Assembly (NCBI GenBank): GCA_043228905.1
Contig: JBHGNT010000004.1
Span: 3,596,001-3,660,000, forward strand
DNA length: 64,000 nucleotides
Source: Azolla caroliniana
Lineage: Eukaryota > Plantae > Polypodiophyta
Direction: 5' to 3'
Positions 23,709 through 44,548 of this stretch are shown here, piece by piece. The notes beneath the pieces are model-generated. The model did not search any database. It was not told the origin of the DNA and saw only the letters and a list, made by a program, of their open reading frames with translations. Every line of letters begins with the position of its first letter. Positions within the stretch are counted from its first letter, which is position 1. A program made the position numbers and the translations under genes.

Positions 23709-25499
23709 TTGTGTAACTCTGAACTACCTCCTCTAAAACAGCAGGAAAAGGGGAGGAAGAGAAAACCCCTGTTTTTTTCTTTCTATTTGTTCTTCTTGTT
23801 TTGGGGTGGGGGGACACCCCCAACCAAACCAACCATCCAATGTCTCACCTTTTCTATACCCAACCCCAAATATCTTTTTTTTCTTTCTCTTTTCTCTTTC
23901 TCTTTTTCTAGTTCCTTTCCCTTCCCAACCAAACCATCCCATCCCAAGTCGCTCGCTCACTCGCTCCTTCGACTCCTCCTCCACATTCATATTCATGTAC
24001 ATACATACATACATCCATACATACATACATACATACATGAATATGAATGAGAGCCGATAGCGATGAAGCCCTTCCTATCTCTTTTGACTTAGTCCTCGGC
24101 ATTGCTCCCCATCGGACTTATTTCATCACCACATCCCCTGTCTTGACTATTCCTCCCCCCCCAAAAAAAGTCAACAACACACAATAGTCTCGTCTCGTCT
24201 TGTCTCCCTCTTGACTTGTCATTACCCCCCCTCACCTATCCACCCACATGCGTCATCTAATCTTAAGTGTGTTTTTTCTATCCTTTGCATATTGTATCAA
24301 CTCTGCTTCACACCCCGATTTGCCTCGAACTTAAGCTCGCTCGTTCATTCGTGTCCGGAAACTAAAAAACGGTCCCCTCAATCGATCCTACATATCGGTC
24401 GGGTGGTGTCTGTCAATATCTGTGTCGTTACAACAATGTACTCCTCCTTCCTTGTTCTGACATCGTTATGGTATTTTTTAACTCCATGTTTAGCTTTTGG
24501 GTCATCGATGATGACATCCTTTTGCCACCTTTTTTCTATGCTAACCACACAAGCCACTATACATAGATAATCTATTCTTTTGAGAAACCTAAGATGGAAA
24601 AGTTACATGAAAACCTATATTTTAGGATGAAAATTAGTTCAACTTTGAGATGTTTTACCTAAAATAGCATCTCGTGCTATGATGCTTTCTTCTTGCTAAT
24701 CTAAAATGAGTGAGATATCTCTCAAATAAACTTCTAGGATAGGTTGAAGATTTTTCGTCTTCTATGCATTCGTCAGTCGGTTGCATTGAATCAATCAAAC
24801 AATGGTTGGGTTTCTGTAGACCAATTGATCACATCTCAACAATTTCATCCTCACTTATACATATCATAATATTGTTGGGGGGAGAGCAAACACTTCTTCT
24901 ATCAATGACTTGCCTTTCCACATATCTCCCCAATTTCCTTCAAGCAAACCACTCTTCACAATGAAGTATTATGATCATCCATCCTTGTGAAGTATTATAA
25001 GCTATCTCATTGAGTACTATTAATTAACCTCTTTGCCACTACAATGCATCTATTGAATAACCTTCACATTGAGTACTATTCATTAACCTCTTCTCTACTA
25101 CAATGCATCCATTTTCACCTTTACATCACCAAATCCCCTAGTGGAAATATATCAATCATGTATCCTATAGTTGGAGAATATGTATCAAACTTATGGATAT
25201 TTTTATAGTTTATAAAGTAGTGAATTAGATGTAAATGGGCCTTCATACACATAAACACCACGAGGTGGCAAGTTGCAACATTATGTTTCTTGGGTGCAAG
25301 AAAACAAATCATTTTTCGGTTTTGTTTATATGTGTGCAATGATTTCAATCATTTATTGATCCTTTGCTTCTCTCAAATGAATTGCATTGTTTATTGTTCA
25401 TCTTTCATTTGTGCCTATCTTTTACTGAAACTTAGGGAGCTTCACACTATAAATGATTTATTCATTTGTGGATTATCTCTCCTCTTCTCTCTAGCGTAA

Positions 25500-28400
25500 T
25501 CTTTAGGGTGTTTTTATACCTTGCAAGGCTGATGTGTGAATAACGAAACATATGCAAAGATAAACAATCTCAAACTTAAGAACACATAGAAAACAATATG
25601 ATAAGTTTTCTTATGACTTACGAAACAAATGCATCAAACAATGCCATGTTTTTACATAATCACTACAATAAACATGTGGCATAAGATGGTATTACTTGGT
25701 AGTTTTTTGTAGATGAAAGAAAATATGCATTTCAAACATAGTGTTTTCACATTATTTTAATGCATTTGAAAGCAATTTCTATGTTCGAACTACAAGAGAT
25801 GTCATGTGTCATCAAGTTCACCTAAGTATCATAGCTGGAATTTAACAATTTGTTGTTCCATTGGATAACTAGATTGATGTAGGCTAACCTCTATTTCCTA
25901 CTCAATGCCTACTTGGCTTTGGCTAGCCATCACCATCATTGTCCCTAGATCCATACATGTATGCAAGACCTTATGACCATTTCCATCACATTATACCCCC
26001 CTTGTCATGTTCGTGGTCATAAGCTTTGTGGTTGTAGAGGCATACCTCACGACCTTATAGCTATTATTATTCATTCCACTTATCCACAATGCATAATTTT
26101 TTATTTGAACAAACAATTTGTATTTTATAGCTTATGACACCAAACCTTTTCCTAATAGAAAACCAACCACTCTCTAAGTTCGTAGTCATTATTAAATTTT
26201 GACAAAACTCCATTCACGCTACATATGTTCATGTGATTTGCAATCATTTAACTCAAATTAAAATACATTTGGAGCAAAATATGTAACAAAGGCATTTCTT
26301 TGAAAACAAGTGTCATTATTGCCTTTACACCTTAGCCGAATGCAATTGAATACATCAAGATTTATTAGAAAAGTGCACATTTTTAGCAAGGCAGTTTCTA
26401 GGGTTGACCCTTTTTCCATACAAGTGGATAGGTAGAGTTTGTTTTTTTTGTTGTGTTACCATATGACATGAACATTTTTATCCCATTAAGTTACTCATGG
26501 TGAAGTGCATCCTTACAAAACTCATGTATACTCGTGCTTGCCAAAGGCTAAAGGCTAAGATTCGACTAAATGTAACTTCCTACGTAATCCTTGGTAGTTT
26601 ATGATGCCTTTTTTTGCCATTACATACAAGTAAAACGTTTGAGATTTAAACATGATATGACAAAACGTTTTCATATTTTATCCAAACCTATTAGAGGAAA
26701 CTCTAGCCATTGCTTGTGGAAATAGTTCTTATCCGTGTTTGACAACTAAAGAATGTTATTAAGCATATCCATTTCTGCAAGTACTTGTGATCCACATCTT
26801 CATGCAATAAAGTTTTGTGACATGGAAACTTGCAATTTCAATGATAGTTGTTGGCATTTGTGACCCAAATATTTGAAATTTTGGCGATATTATTGCATAC
26901 AATGAAAAAAGACCCAATCAAAATGTAACCTATCTAAATGTTGAAAAACAACCTATTAAAGTGATGGACTCGGTTACTATTATTAAAAGTGTCAAATGAG
27001 CATGTAATCCATTTAAATGTGAAAAAACTGGTCAAGTTCCTAAACAAAACTTAAGGGATGAGGGTAATTTAAACTCAAAACTTATCCCTTTAATACTTCA
27101 CAGTCTCGACTCTCCATAACCTTAATAAATATTTATTATCAACATACCATACTTTCTAGTTATTCATGCAATGCACAAAAATGGCTAGTAACTAGAATTT
27201 AATTTGATGGTGCAGACACTCAACATCTAGATCATGAATCATTCAAAGGCGGTCAGACTATGTCAATGGCACTAAATGGTGATTACTATAAATATATTTG
27301 ACTAAACAATGATACACTATATTACATGGTGGTTAGTATAATTGAACGTGAGTGTCATATTCTATGGGTGCTCATGCAATGCACCAACAACAAAAGCATT
27401 CAAATATGGTATTTGTGAGCACACATGATGCATTAGTGGCCCAAATAGACACAAGATTCGTTTTGTTGCTCGACTAAATTAACCATTTTACATTTTATGC
27501 ATACATTCTTTCAAGATAGGACAAATACGATATTTGCTAGGACTCTTGTTTTTTAGTAGTTACAAAGTTTAATACAATATTGGCAATACTTTTAGTTAGA
27601 TTTAAGTACAGATCACTAATAGATGTACATTTCTTGTTATCAAGAATCAAAAGTTGATGATTTTTTCATAGATGACTAACTTGAGATATAAAGATGATAA
27701 GACACTAATGCGGACTCACATGGGTCGTCATGAAGGAAAAGAAAACATTTGTAGTGTAATTGAATATCAAAACTTATGTTTCTTTAGGAGTTGTGGCGAT
27801 AAAGCTACCATGGAAGTAACATTGAAATATATGCATTCTAAAGAAACATATTGGACAAGCACAACACAAAGACTTATATCGTTATTGTTGCCAGCACATT
27901 TGTTTGGGTTACACATTAGAACCTCCTCATATCAAAAAAATATCTAGATCCATTTTTCTATAGTGACCTATTAACAAAATGAGGATATTTTTACTAAACA
28001 ATCACATGGCCTTGCTTGGGGTTTGATTTGCTACAATTTTGCAAAGGAAATAAAACAAGCTTAAATGATATTTATCTAAAACTTGAGTCCTTCACATCCC
28101 AAGGGGTAAGGAATTATTTTTTATTTTCTTCCAAGAAAAAATTGGTTCCCACTAGTTAGGTGAATTGCAACTGTATATAGATCAGGCTATGTACACTCTA
28201 AATCTATAAATATTCTACTATTTACATGTCGCTTTTGTATATATTTTGTTATCGTTGTGTAACACCTTAGATAAAAAAGGGGGGGCAAATGTTGTCTACA
28301 TAACAACAAACAACAACCGGCAAACTTTTGAACGCAGATAGCATTGATATCACCGAAAGCCATATGGGCGATTTGCTGACTGGGGGGGTAGAGGTAGTGA

Positions 28401-29700
28401 GATAGTTGGAAGCACCATTTCAAATGTCTTGACGTGAAGTCCACCAATGGTGTGGTTTCCCTGTGTGAGATAAATTGTGCTTGTGCCAACTCTTGAGACT
28501 CCTCCTTGTAGGTTTTTGAATTGTACACACAAGGATACCACTAGATCAAGTCCATAGAGTTGTGATGGCATCTACAATTGTGTATATTTCCCCTTAGTAC
28601 CATTTGAGACATCTATATTTCCAAATGTTGTGATGGCATCTACAATTGTGTATATTTCCCCCAAGTACCATTTGAGACATCTATATTTCCAAATGTTCAC
28701 ATACTGATTGATGCCATAGTTGATCATGCTTCCTGCAGCTTTTTTATCCCCAAATTTGTGTGCATCCAATCGTTGTTGTCCATGTCCTATGGAATATGAG
28801 GGGTAAGGAGGAGTCATGTGCTCCACACATTCTTTTGCGGAGACCACCATATAGCATAACCAAATTCGATTGACCTTTCCATGTCGCATGCTGTCAGAAT
28901 GTGTATAATTCTTTCCCAAATCATATTTGCGTATGTGCAAGGCCTCAAGCAATGTTCAATCGATTCTAAATCATAGTTGCAACTCCTACATGCACCATCT
29001 TTGCCTCTCCGTTGTGGCCATTAATCAATCGGGAGAGCTTTACAACTGATAAGCCAAAGAAAGGAGTTGCATTTTTCAGGCAAGTCACTTGCCCACAACT
29101 TTCTCCAATAAGGTTGCATACAAGTTTCATCTAAGCCCTCCTACCTCCATTTAATACCAAGTGCATCTTTGTGAATTCCATGTTAAATGAAATTTTGGTC
29201 AATTTTTTATATATATTGAAACTGCAACAATTGTTTTTTTTTCTTGTTTTTCCGACATCCCACAAAATTTATGAGGGGTCCCTAGTAACTTTCTCTAGCT
29301 CCACCCCCTCTTGGATCCAAACCCGAGACACATCACGCAGCTTATGGACCCCTAGGACAATTTCCCAGCTTTTACCACTAGTAGTAATTAACTGTACTGG
29401 CTTCCAACATCCCTCTCATGATCTGTTTACATCTTCGTGGACTTGTACCTGTGTATTAGAGTGCACCACATGCTTGATCTCATGCAACTCATCTGTTGTG
29501 TCAAACCAACATGTCCACTAATACCTTGCATTTGTGCCATCCATGTTGTCCTTGATTCCCTCATACAATCTCATAGTGTTCGAGATCACATTCAACATGT
29601 TATTTACCTTAGGAATTCCATTTGTTAATTATTAAAAAAAACACCTTTGCAAACAATCAACCACTATTGCACATTTCATTTGTGTTCAAATGCATAGAGT
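25500..29700 (-). mobile_element. Highly degenerate SWIM-zinc-finger (MULE-like) element relics
   Basis: Broken minus-strand frames near 25540-25720 give YQVI../PHVYCSDYVK../LSYCFLCVLK, resembling a SWIM C.C...C.H context. DSMRHGKVN and PPYPSYS occur at ~28790-28890. Many stops; assignment by resemblance only. Confidence 0.3.
28560..28697. repeat. 69-bp tandem duplication
   Basis: ttgtgatggcatctacaattgtgtatatttccc...gtaccatttgagacatctatatttccaaatgtt occurs twice. Confidence 0.9.
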
Positions 29701-30809
29701 TGCTTAAGTGTCAAACTATTCTGGGTGTATACCATATGGATACCTATATGATTCAATAGGACACTAAGATGAGCCGATACCATATTAAAGTCTGTTCAAC
29801 AAGTTCAAGTAATGGATGAGAAATTTCCTCAACAAAATACTAAGATGAGTTCATACCTCAATCATGGGTTTCTCTTCAAAACAAGGTAATATTCCATATT
29901 TATCTTGTGATTCTAAAAACAAGAGAGAAGGCTCTAATATTTATTGCAGCTTCATGGATATTAACCGAAGATTCCCACTTATGTCACACATCATCTTAGA
30001 TGCACGTTGACTCATGGCACAATCTTCGCAGTACCAAAACCAATGCATAGATGACATCAATTCAGTCTAAGGGTAACTTGTGAGAAGTTCTATTTATAAA
30101 GGGTAACTTACAAGGTCATAGCTATTTACAGCTAAGATAAAATTAGACTAGCACAAGTTGGGTTGACCAAGGGGAACACAAGTTTATATGATCATGAAGC
30201 ATGATTACAATCTTGTAAGAAACAAAAATTATCATTGACCTCTCCAATTTTACCATCAAGGTAAAATTGTGTAAGATTACAGCTCTTTAGCAGGTACAAA
30301 TTCCTACAAATTGATCATGAACGAATGCAGCACTTGCAAACCTCTACAACGTAGCCATCAATTAAGGTTAAATGAAAATATATTATTTTCCCCATTTGAG
30401 ACAAATCCATTTGCCACTATGATCTAAGATAGCATACCTGTAATCATCTTTGTCGTCTTAGGTCTACACCATATGTGTGTATTCCTTGAATGTGCATACA
30501 TTAGTCAACATTAACTTAAAGCCAATGAACAAAAAACAGAGTGCAAGAATTGCTCAAAGTGACATGAGGAAGAAAAATAGCATATGAGAGAATGCAACTC
30601 ACTCTTAACATATGGTCCATTTTCATTTCGAAAGAAGAAAATTTTAGTGACAGTCATACAAAATCACATGCAAGTACGAAAAGAGAACATGCCACTCTTT
30701 GATGGCAAATAAAGTACTTTCAGCCAACGACCTTCACTAATTATTTACCGTATTTTTGAATTTTCGGTGCTTTCTCTAATTGTTTGAATATTAAAGACCC
30801 CAGTAGAGA

Positions 30810-38331
<7,522 letters not shown>

Positions 38332-38879
38332 CTTAGAGCACCTTTCCTTTCTTGATATAAAAAAAAATGCAGAAATGTTCAGTTAATGGACGATGTGTTT
38401 ACTCAATTACAGTAAGCAATTTCAAGCATATATTTTCCTCCAAGAAAAAGGACATTAAAGCAACAAATGTGTCAAAAACAATTTCTTCCTAAAAAAACAG
38501 GACTATAAATCGAGGAACATGTGCATGAATTTCCTCTTAAACATAATTCAGTAAAAGCAGAAATATGCGCCTGGAGATTGTCAGTTAAATGCAGAAGAAC
38601 TTCAGTTTTTAAGTGGGAAAAAAAAAGAAAAATTTACAGCTCAGAAAGGAAGACCAAATTTAGCAGCGAAAAAAAAAACAAAACAGACGGAAGGCAAGAA
38701 AGAAAGTTCGGTAGGGGGGGGGGGGGGGGGGGGGGACCTCTCACGTTTCGAAGGGGAAGGAGACGGAGAGATTCCTACTCGAATTAAAAGTGCTGCCGCT
38801 GGTGCAGGGAAAATGCAGAGAGACGTTGGATCTGGTCTGTGGGAGGAGAATATGGCGATGGAGAGCTGGAGCTTAGCGC

Positions 38880-38887
38880 ACGAGCAC

Positions 38888-38939
<52 letters not shown>

Positions 38940-39025
38940 ACGCTCTTTGTGTCTCTTGAGTCTTAACCCCTGAGCCTTTCATGCAGATAGAGAGAGAAAT
39001 AGAGAGAGAGAGAGAGAGATGATAA
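38880..39025 (-). promoter_or_regulatory. GA/CT-microsatellite-rich promoter and 5'UTR region of PFP-alpha
   Basis: (CT)n and (GA)n tracts and a GC-richer segment upstream of an AT-rich probable 5'UTR intron. Typical of plant TSS regions; exact TSS unknown. Confidence 0.45.
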
Positions 39026-41009
39026 GCCTTCGCCTCTCTATTATGTAAGGGAGGTTTCACACGGGGCGAGGTTTTGCAAACATCGGCCGGTTAGTCGATC
39101 GATCTCGATCGGTGCGTGTTTCGCATCACGTGTTTGGTATCATGCATCCAGGTGCGTACCCGACCGGCCAACCACCCGCATGCATCCATAGCCCTCCGAA
39201 CCCCCCCCCCCCCCCCTTCTGCAGTTCACATCCCCAGAATGGAATGGCCCGTCCATCCCGTGCATCTCCTCTCGGTAGTTAAAGCCAATCACGATCATGC
39301 GTCTCTCCCCCGGAATCTCTCTTCCGATGGTTTGTGTGGCCTCGACTTATTTCGTAGCTTCTCGTCGACCCTATATATATATATAAACCACTCCCGCTTT
39401 TCGCTCACACGAGTAGTTGATCAACATAAACCAAACCTTTTGTCCACATTTCGTGCATGAGTCGATTATTATCCTTATCCAAAAGGCCCACCCATGCATA
39501 TTAGAACATACCGCACGAAAATGGCCTCTAAGTGTAGATTCAGCACGTCATGGGTTTTGGCCCTACTATTAAGCTTGATTGATTCATTCATCGTAAAAAT
39601 GTAGAGCATTACTAGGGCTTGAAGATTGGTCATGGTTTTGAAAACGCCAAATTGGTGTGCACACATGCAATTTGCAACATAAAGAAAAAAAAAAACTATG
39701 TTTGAGGGCTAGGTAATCGCCAAGTTCGAAGGCCCAAACCTTTGCATCAAGATCTATGTGGGAATACATGCGTCTGAAAATGAGAATCTTCATGGTAGAT
39801 TAAGGCCCATAAATAAAGGAGAGACTAATTCCAATATACATACAAATGTAGAGCACTCCTAAAGGGGGGGGAAGGGGGAGGGGGAACTAAGAAAAAGACT
39901 CATGGGTCAATAACGTGACAAACTAGGACATGGGGTCCGCACTTCAAATAATACGAGGGCTACAAACACATTAGTATCTCTAAGCTTTATCCTTTACCAA
40001 CCTTTTAAAATATTTGTATGTAATGGGAAAATCTCCAAACTTTATCCCATGGAGATGTTAAGAATATCCATTACAAGATCGCTTTTTTCCCCACACAAAG
40101 AGAAATGTCTATTTCTTTTGTATATACCAATATATCGATACATGGTTTACACACAAAATCATTGAATTTCTTCTTACAAACTGTTTTCCTACCTCTTGCT
40201 ATTTGCCATTTGCCCCCATTTTATTCGTCCTCACCGCATGTCATTATATATCTCTGCTTTAACCCTAGTACAATTTGCAAACCCTACGTTTCTAACTTCT
40301 TAACCATCATAAAGCTTCCATATTCAAAATTCTCAATGTTTATGTCTGTATTGAAATGACATTATATCATGAACTAAACAAGATAAGAAAAGACACACAT
40401 TATAATTTTTGGAACATGGACTAATTCAAACAATTAGGTACCAATGCATCCTTCATATATACAAGGTAATATTCAGCATCAGCAAAGTCATTGAGACAAA
40501 TACTTCTAACATGCACATTACACCATTCTGTCATATGTCAATGCACACTTTTTAAAGCTTGTGCTAATAATGTCATCACAACATGTTTTTGAAGCATGAT
40601 ACTAATCACGCTCACCCTTCCCAAGGTAAAGAATGTTTGATCATTCAAAAACATGAAACAATAGCCTTTTTATTTCGATTAATTGATTTCTCCACTTGAA
40701 TGATTAGTTGGGGCATTTTGAAATCTTGAAAGACAAGTTAGACATGTCTTTTTTCATCCTTGGGATGATAATTTTGTTAATTTATCGACCACAACCCTTG
40801 CCATTTTAATAGTCAATTAACATATTAAACCCCCCCCCTCTCTTATTGGCACGCAATGGTATTGTTTTCAACCGCTGCAGTTGTGGATGGATGGCGATTT
40901 ATAAAGCCATACTCTTAGACATTTATAAAGCCATATTCTTAGACATAATTTTGAATTATTATGGAAATGCTTTCACATTTTTCTCTAGCATGTGATGTCA
41001 TGTTTCCAC

Positions 41010-43904
41010 TCAATCTTCCCACATGTGATTGGCTGCATAGATATTTGACATAAGAACATATGCAGCATCATTTTTGCAGCTAGATGTCACAAGATGATCA
41101 AAAGCTCGCCTTCCGACATCGACATTGTTATACTTTGCGGCAGCACCAAGCAAGGTCATCCAAATCATTGAATCCGGATGCAATGGCATTCTATGAATAC
41201 TTTCTTCGGCTTCTAATAGAAATCCAGCACGACCAAGCATATCCACTATACATACATAATGCCCACTTGATGGTATTGTTCCATAGCCCTTCATCACCTC
41301 AAGCAATTTACATCCTTCTTGGATCAATCCTCCATGACTACATAATGATAGCAAAGACGTAAATGTGACATTGTCCACGTTAATGCCATCTTGTTTCATC
41401 TTTTGCAAATAACGATGCAATTGGGTGCAATCACCATAATCAGCTAATACAGAGATCATTGCATTCCATGATACCAAGGTTGATCGGTCAGGTAGCATTT
41501 CAAACACCTTTGAGGCATCACTCAAACTTCCACATCTTGAATACATAACTACCAGCATATTCCCAACAAATAAATCCAGCTCCAACCCTCTCTTAGATAA
41601 TTCAGCATGAGCAGATTTCCCAAGATCAAGAGTACCCTCATTAGAAAAAGCCTCAAGGGCATGCATGTATATGATCTCATTAGGTTCCATCCCTTCCATC
41701 TGCATTCCTGTAAACAAACAAGAAACATTACTATCATAACCACACCTAGCACACATTGATACAACTGTTGACCATGCAACTACATTTTTTACAGGCATCA
41801 TGTCAAATACATGAAGTGCCTCATTGATGTTACCACATTTTCCGTAAACATCGATTAAGGTGCTGGCAATATGATGATTCATTTCGAAACCATAATGAGC
41901 TACATAATGGTGTATGAGTGTGCTCTGATATATATCTCTTAGGTTTGCCAATGCATGAAGAACACATACAATTGTTATTTCGTTGGGTTCTACGTTTTCA
42001 TGTTGCATTTTCTCAAACAACTCAAGAGCATCTTGCGCATAAGAAGAGTCAGCATGTGCCCCAATGATGGCAGTCCATGACACAACATCTCTCACTTCCA
42101 AGTTATTGAATACATTACAAGCATCTTCAATACTTCCACATCGAGCATACATATCTATCAAAGCATTTCCAACAAATGGCATTGAATGCATAGTACCATG
42201 TGATGCAATACAAGTGTAGATTCGATGCCCTTGGATTAGTGCTCCTAGGCAAGAACAGGTTTTGAGAATGCACAAGGTCGTGATTCTATTTGATTCAATT
42301 CCTCTTCTTTGCATTTCCTCAAAGACTTTGAAAGCTTCCTCAACAAGTCCCAAGTCAGTAAATCTTGATATCATTGAGTTCCATAGAACAATGTTTGGCA
42401 ATGGAATGCTACAGAAAACACAATACGCATCACCAATGCAGCCACAATTTGCATACATATCCACAACTGCACTGGAAATGAAGACATTGGAATCTAGTCC
42501 TCGTACAATGACCTCAAAATGCATGAATTCGCCTTCAAATAATCCTCCTGAAAGAGAACATGCTTTTATAAAATCCACGAAAATCATGGCATCAGGCGTG
42601 AAACCTTGTTTGATCATCTGCTCTAACAGTATAAGACCAGTATTACCTTGTCCACGTTGTTCTAAATGCCCTATTATAATTGTAGACCAAGCACTGATGT
42701 CTTGTACTGACAATCGATCAAATATTTCACGTGCATTTTGTAAGCTACCACATCTCATATACATGCCCACCACACTACTTCCAACAAAAGAATCTAAATC
42801 AAAACCCTTTTTTACTATTTCAATATGAAGAAGTTTTCCTTCATGAAATGCTGACGTTACTGTGCATACCTTCAGAATACATACACAAATGCATTTATCT
42901 GCTTGTATACCTATCTCTTGCATCTGTTTGAACAAGAGAAGAGCTTCTTGATTCTGTCCATGTTCAAAATACCCTGAAATCATCACCGACCACGACACAA
43001 CATTATACAAACGTAACTTATCAAAAACATAACGGGCATCTTCTATACAATGGCATTTAGCATACATATCAATTAATGTGCTTCCAACAAAAATATCTAA
43101 ATCCATTCCATATTTTGATAGGTTTACATGGGCCCATCTTCCTTGTTCTAATGATGCCAAGCTTGCACATGCTCTAAGCAAACAAAGAAATGTTGCTCTA
43201 TTTGGCAATATGCCATCTACCTGTTGCATTTTATTAAACATTAAGATAGCTTCTTCATTAAATCCTTGGTCTACGTAGCCTGTGATGAGAGTGCACCATG
43301 ACACCACATCTCGCTTCTGAATCAATTGAAATACACAAAATGCATCAAGCATACTTCTGCACTTAGCATACATATCAACAAGAGCGTTCCCAATAATGTG
43401 GTTTGAACCAAACCCTTTCTCTAAAATGTAAGCATGGATAATCTTGCCTTCCATAATAGCACCTATAGTGTTACATGCTTTTACACCACATATGAATATG
43501 ACAGCATCAGGATCTGCATATTGTTTTTCAAATATTTGAAGAGCTTTGTCACCGTGCCCTTGATTTGTATATCCAGACAATATGGCCGCCAACGAAATTC
43601 CATCTTGAGTATGCATTCTAATGTACACATTATGTGCATCATCAATCCTGAAACACTTAACATACATGGCCACCAATGCAATTCCAACCAAAGGATCTAA
43701 TTCACGTTCTTTATCTGTTAAGAGGTTATGAATAACTTGACCTTGATGTATGCAATGGCATGATTTTAGGGCAGAAACATATTCCATGGTAGTGGGGTTG
43801 TATTTTCCTATCACTTTGAGGATACATTTTTCTCCTCTCATTCTAGCATCGTCCTCGAATGTAAGGTGTGCTTGCGAGGATAATTTCTTTGTATTATTGG
43901 TATC
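41010..43904 (-). CDS. PLS-class pentatricopeptide repeat protein with truncated E extension (putative organellar RNA-editing factor), main exon
   Basis: 943-aa ORF of P-L-S repeats (GNALVDMYAKC, DVVSWTAII, TFTSLLSLCSHGG, HYVCIVDMLGRAG, YVLMSNIYA). The frame stays open to an AG acceptor at 43905-43906. No DYW domain. Confidence 0.93.
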   Translation of the reverse strand, partial: DTNNTKKLSSQAHLTFEDDARMRGEKCILKVIGKYNPTTMEYVSALKSCHCIHQGQVIHNLLTDKERELDPLVGIALVAMYVKCFRIDDAHNVYIRMHTQDGISLAAILSGYTNQGHGDKALQIFEKQYADPDAVIFICGVKACNTIGAIMEGKIIHAYILEKGFGSNHIIGNALVDMYAKCRSMLDAFCVFQLIQKRDVVSWCTLITGYVDQGFNEEAILMFNKMQQVDGILPNRATFLCLLRACASLASLEQGRWAHVNLSKYGMDLDIFVGSTLIDMYAKCHCIEDARYVFDKLRLYNVVSWSVMISGYFEHGQNQEALLLFKQMQEIGIQADKCICVCILKVCTVTSAFHEGKLLHIEIVKKGFDLDSFVGSSVVGMYMRCGSLQNAREIFDRLSVQDISAWSTIIIGHLEQRGQGNTGLILLEQMIKQGFTPDAMIFVDFIKACSLSGGLFEGEFMHFEVIVRGLDSNVFISSAVVDMYANCGCIGDAYCVFCSIPLPNIVLWNSMISRFTDLGLVEEAFKVFEEMQRRGIESNRITTLCILKTCSCLGALIQGHRIYTCIASHGTMHSMPFVGNALIDMYARCGSIEDACNVFNNLEVRDVVSWTAIIGAHADSSYAQDALELFEKMQHENVEPNEITIVCVLHALANLRDIYQSTLIHHYVAHYGFEMNHHIASTLIDVYGKCGNINEALHVFDMMPVKNVVAWSTVVSMCARCGYDSNVSCLFTGMQMEGMEPNEIIYMHALEAFSNEGTLDLGKSAHAELSKRGLELDLFVGNMLVVMYSRCGSLSDASKVFEMLPDRSTLVSWNAMISVLADYGDCTQLHRYLQKMKQDGINVDNVTFTSLLSLCSHGGLIQEGCKLLEVMKGYGTIPSSGHYVCIVDMLGRAGFLLEAEESIHRMPLHPDSMIWMTLLGAAAKYNNVDVGRRAFDHLVTSSCKNDAAYVLMSNIYAANHMWED

Positions 43905-44224
43905 CTATTTATCATAAGCTAGTACCATTACAAAAACGCAGATCATATAACAATCCAAGGGGATATAAAATACTTACATTTTATTAGAGAGCACAGCTAA
44001 TTTTGTTTTGAGGTACCTCAAAAACTTTTGCAAAAAAGTGAGTATCAAAAAGAGATGTATAATAGGGGAATAAAAAGTAGATTACATGAGATCTTGGAAT
44101 GTCTTTCATTACGACTGAGTTTAGATTAAAAAAATGGCAATGTGGAAATCAAACCATCAAGGATAGATTAGTTCTAAATTTGAGGAAAGCCAATCATATA
44201 TATTTATTAGGTGAGCAGCCATAC

Positions 44225-44295
44225 TAGCATCTTAGAGGTGTCACAATCGTTTGTTTTCACAATGATTTCTGAAGTTTGGGAATGACTCCTTTTAC
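44225..44295 (-). CDS. Putative upstream coding exon of the PPR gene
   Basis: ctttgcAG|GTAAAAGG...ATGCTA|GTatgg encodes (G)KRSHSQTSEIIVKTNDCDTSKML and joins in phase 0 to the 43904 acceptor. Confidence 0.5.
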
Positions 44296-44329
44296 CTGCA
44301 AAGGAGCCTATAGAATGAATTGATTTTGT

Positions 44330-44334
<5 letters not shown>

Positions 44335-44392
<58 letters not shown>
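44335..44392. repeat. (CT)n microsatellite
   Basis: Directly visible. Confidence 0.95.
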
Positions 44393-44394
<2 letters not shown>

Positions 44395-44464
44395 TGCAAC
44401 AACATTCATTGGTAAAGTTATTGACCATCAAGAGTCGCTACTCACTTTCACATGTAGCACGTGA

Positions 44465-44548
44465 AATGTAATATTTTTGGTCTCATAGCTCATATTTGAC
44501 CTCTGAGGACGATAATAGAATCTATCTATCTATCTATCTATCTATCTC
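44465..44548 (+). mobile_element. Short LINE/SINE 3' end (RTEX-like stem-loop) with (TCTA)n tail
   Basis: tttggtctcatagctcatatttgacctctgaggacgat is homologous to tttggtcccataggtcaaaattggcctctttatggacgat at 15754-15793. Each is followed by a microsatellite. Confidence 0.6.

Noticed and set aside
40560-40830. Possible LINE RT relic downstream of the PPR gene
   Set aside because: Too degenerate to support any motif confidently.
42262-42828. 188-aa plus-strand ORF and other antisense ORFs within PPR, TTL and XBAT exons
   Set aside because: Shadow ORFs opposite real coding sequence, with no recognisable motifs.
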